This document shows positions 62,370 to 64,000 of a DNA stretch of 64,000 bases, piece after piece; position 1 is the first letter of the stretch; the number at the start of each line of letters is the position of its first letter. A program made the translations under genes and the position numbers. The DNA comes from Chiloscyllium plagiosum. Taxonomy: Eukaryota. Under the pieces are notes generated by a model. It was not told the DNA's origin. It ran no database searches and saw only the letters and a program-made list of their open reading frames with translations. The stretch covers positions 21,301,882 through 21,365,881 of the forward strand of contig NC_057720.1 of assembly GCF_004010195.1 (NCBI RefSeq). Reading direction: 5' to 3'.

Positions 62370-64000
62370 TTAAATCGATGAAGAGCTGGCAAGAATCCCT
62401 GGGGTGAAAATCAACTATTGCTGCTCAGTAGCCTGTCCCAAGGGAGAGCTTTACAAATGATGAAAGAGTTGGTGCAGGAAGGAGTGTTCCAGGTATCTGG
62501 ATCACTGGAATCTCTTCCAGGGTAGGAGGGATATGTACCAGAAAGATGGATTACACTCAGACTGGTGGGACACCAATATAATTGCAGGGAGGTTTTCCAA
62601 GTGCGACTTGGGAGGGTTGAAATTAGAGTAGCAGGGGATGGGAACCAGAGCAGCAGGTCAGCATGTGGAGAGATTGAGGAGAAGGTAGAGATAATAAGAA
62701 CAGGCAGAGCTAGGCTAACAAATAAGTGGGACTCATGGCCTGCAGTGTATTTACTTTAATACAAGGACCATACCAGGTAAGGCAGATGATCTTAGACTCT
62801 GGGTTAATATATGGGAGTATAGTGTTGGAGCCATTACAGAAATTTGGGCAGGACTCACATTTCAGGGTTTAGCGGTTTTAGGAATGAGAGAGAGGGGGTA
62901 TAAAAAATGCAAGGGAGGAGATTGCTGGGGCATTGACAGGGATCTCTGAATCCTCTTTAGGTAAAGGAGAAGTCCCATAAGACTGGAGAATAGCCAATGT
63001 TGTTCCGTCATTTAAAAAGGGCAATAAGGATAATCCAGATAATTATAGGCCAGTGAGCCTGACATCAGTCGTAGGGAAACTATTGGAAAAGATTTTTTGG
63101 GACAGGATTTTCTCACATTTGGAAAAGAATGGACGTATTAGGGATACTCAGTATGGGATTGTGTGGTGTAGGTCTTGTCTCACAAATTTGATTGAGTTTT
63201 TTGAGGTAGTGACAAAGATGATTGATGAGGATAGGCTGATGGATGTTGTCTACATGGATTTTACTACATGCACTTTACCTGATGAAATGGCTATGCTATG
63301 AAAGCTTGTGATTTCAAATAAACTATAACCTGGTGTCATATGACTTCTAACTTTGTCCACCCCAGTCCAACACCAGCACCTCCACTGAACAAGTGTGAGG
63401 TCTTGCATTTTGGGAGGTCAACTGCAAGTGAAAAGTACACTGTAAATTGAGGACCCTTAGGAATATTGATTATTCAGAGGTTTCTTGGGGTGTGAGCCCG
63501 TAGCTCCCAGAAAGAAGCAATACAAGTGGATAAGGTGGTAAAGAAGGCATATGATATGTTTGCCTTCATTGGTCGGGACATTGAACATAAAGGTTGGCAA
63601 GTCATGTTGCAGCTATATAAAACTTCAGTTAGGCCATATTTGGAGTATTGTGTGCAGTTCTGGGCTCCACATTACAGGAAGGATGTGGAGTCTTTGGAGT
63701 CAATGCAGAAGAATTTTACTAGGATATTGCCTGGACTGGAGTATATTAGTTATAAGGAGAGGCTGGACACATGTAGATTGTTTTTCCGAGAGCGCTGGAG
63801 GCTGAGGGGCAACTTGGTAGAAGTATATAAAATTACAAGAGGCACGGATAGTCAGAGTCTTTTTCCCAGGGTGGAAATGTCAAAAGGAGCATAGGTTTAA
63901 GGTGAAAGGGCGAAAGTTTAAAGGAGATGTTTAAGGCAAGGTTTTTTTACACAGAGGGAAGCAGGTGCCTGGAACGCATTGACAGTGAAAGCGATAGAAG
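62370..64000 (+). mobile_element. Decayed, internally deleted CR1 running off the window end, with a PLE arm at 63277-63386
   Basis: ORF1 end, APE start, NYRPVSLTSVVGKLLE, SCLTNLIEFF, LEYCVQFW. The PLE arm sits where the RT core is missing. Confidence 0.88.

Noticed and set aside
263..63894. Numerous 60-270 aa ORFs as host genes
   Set aside because: The longer ones are CR1, Rex1, L2 or PLE fragments or their antisense frames. The rest lack recognisable domains and consistent exon structure.

Overview
Eukaryotic, repeat-dense, AT-rich vertebrate DNA with no intact host protein-coding gene, RNA gene or CRISPR array that I can support. It reads as intronic or intergenic sequence. The repeat content (tRNA-headed HE1/V-SINE-type SINEs, many CR1/L3 LINE families, Deu-type SINE remnants, Rex1/Babar, L2, Penelope-like elements) points to a cartilaginous fish, probably a shark; this taxonomic call is an inference. 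Most long ORFs in the track are broken pieces of CR1 ORF1 (zinc-finger/SGNH esterase) or ORF2 (APE endonuclease/RT), or their antisense shadows. The most complete element is a ~4.3 kb CR1 at 34066-38383 (-). Most interesting signals: (1) three sequence families of Penelope-type terminal repeats carrying minimal hammerhead-ribozyme cores with covarying stems, often as short palindromic non-autonomous elements; (2) one such palindrome whose spacer is a 68/69-nt inverted copy of DNA ~760 bp upstream; (3) a tandem 177-bp double-hammerhead palindrome; (4) a dense same-strand TGACA/TGATTGACAG motif cluster; (5) a 641-bp tandem duplication; (6) two distant CR1 copies sharing motif-breaking substitutions. 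A 103-N assembly gap lies at 11505-11607. Boundaries of decayed repeats are approximate and family names come from motif recognition, not database searches.
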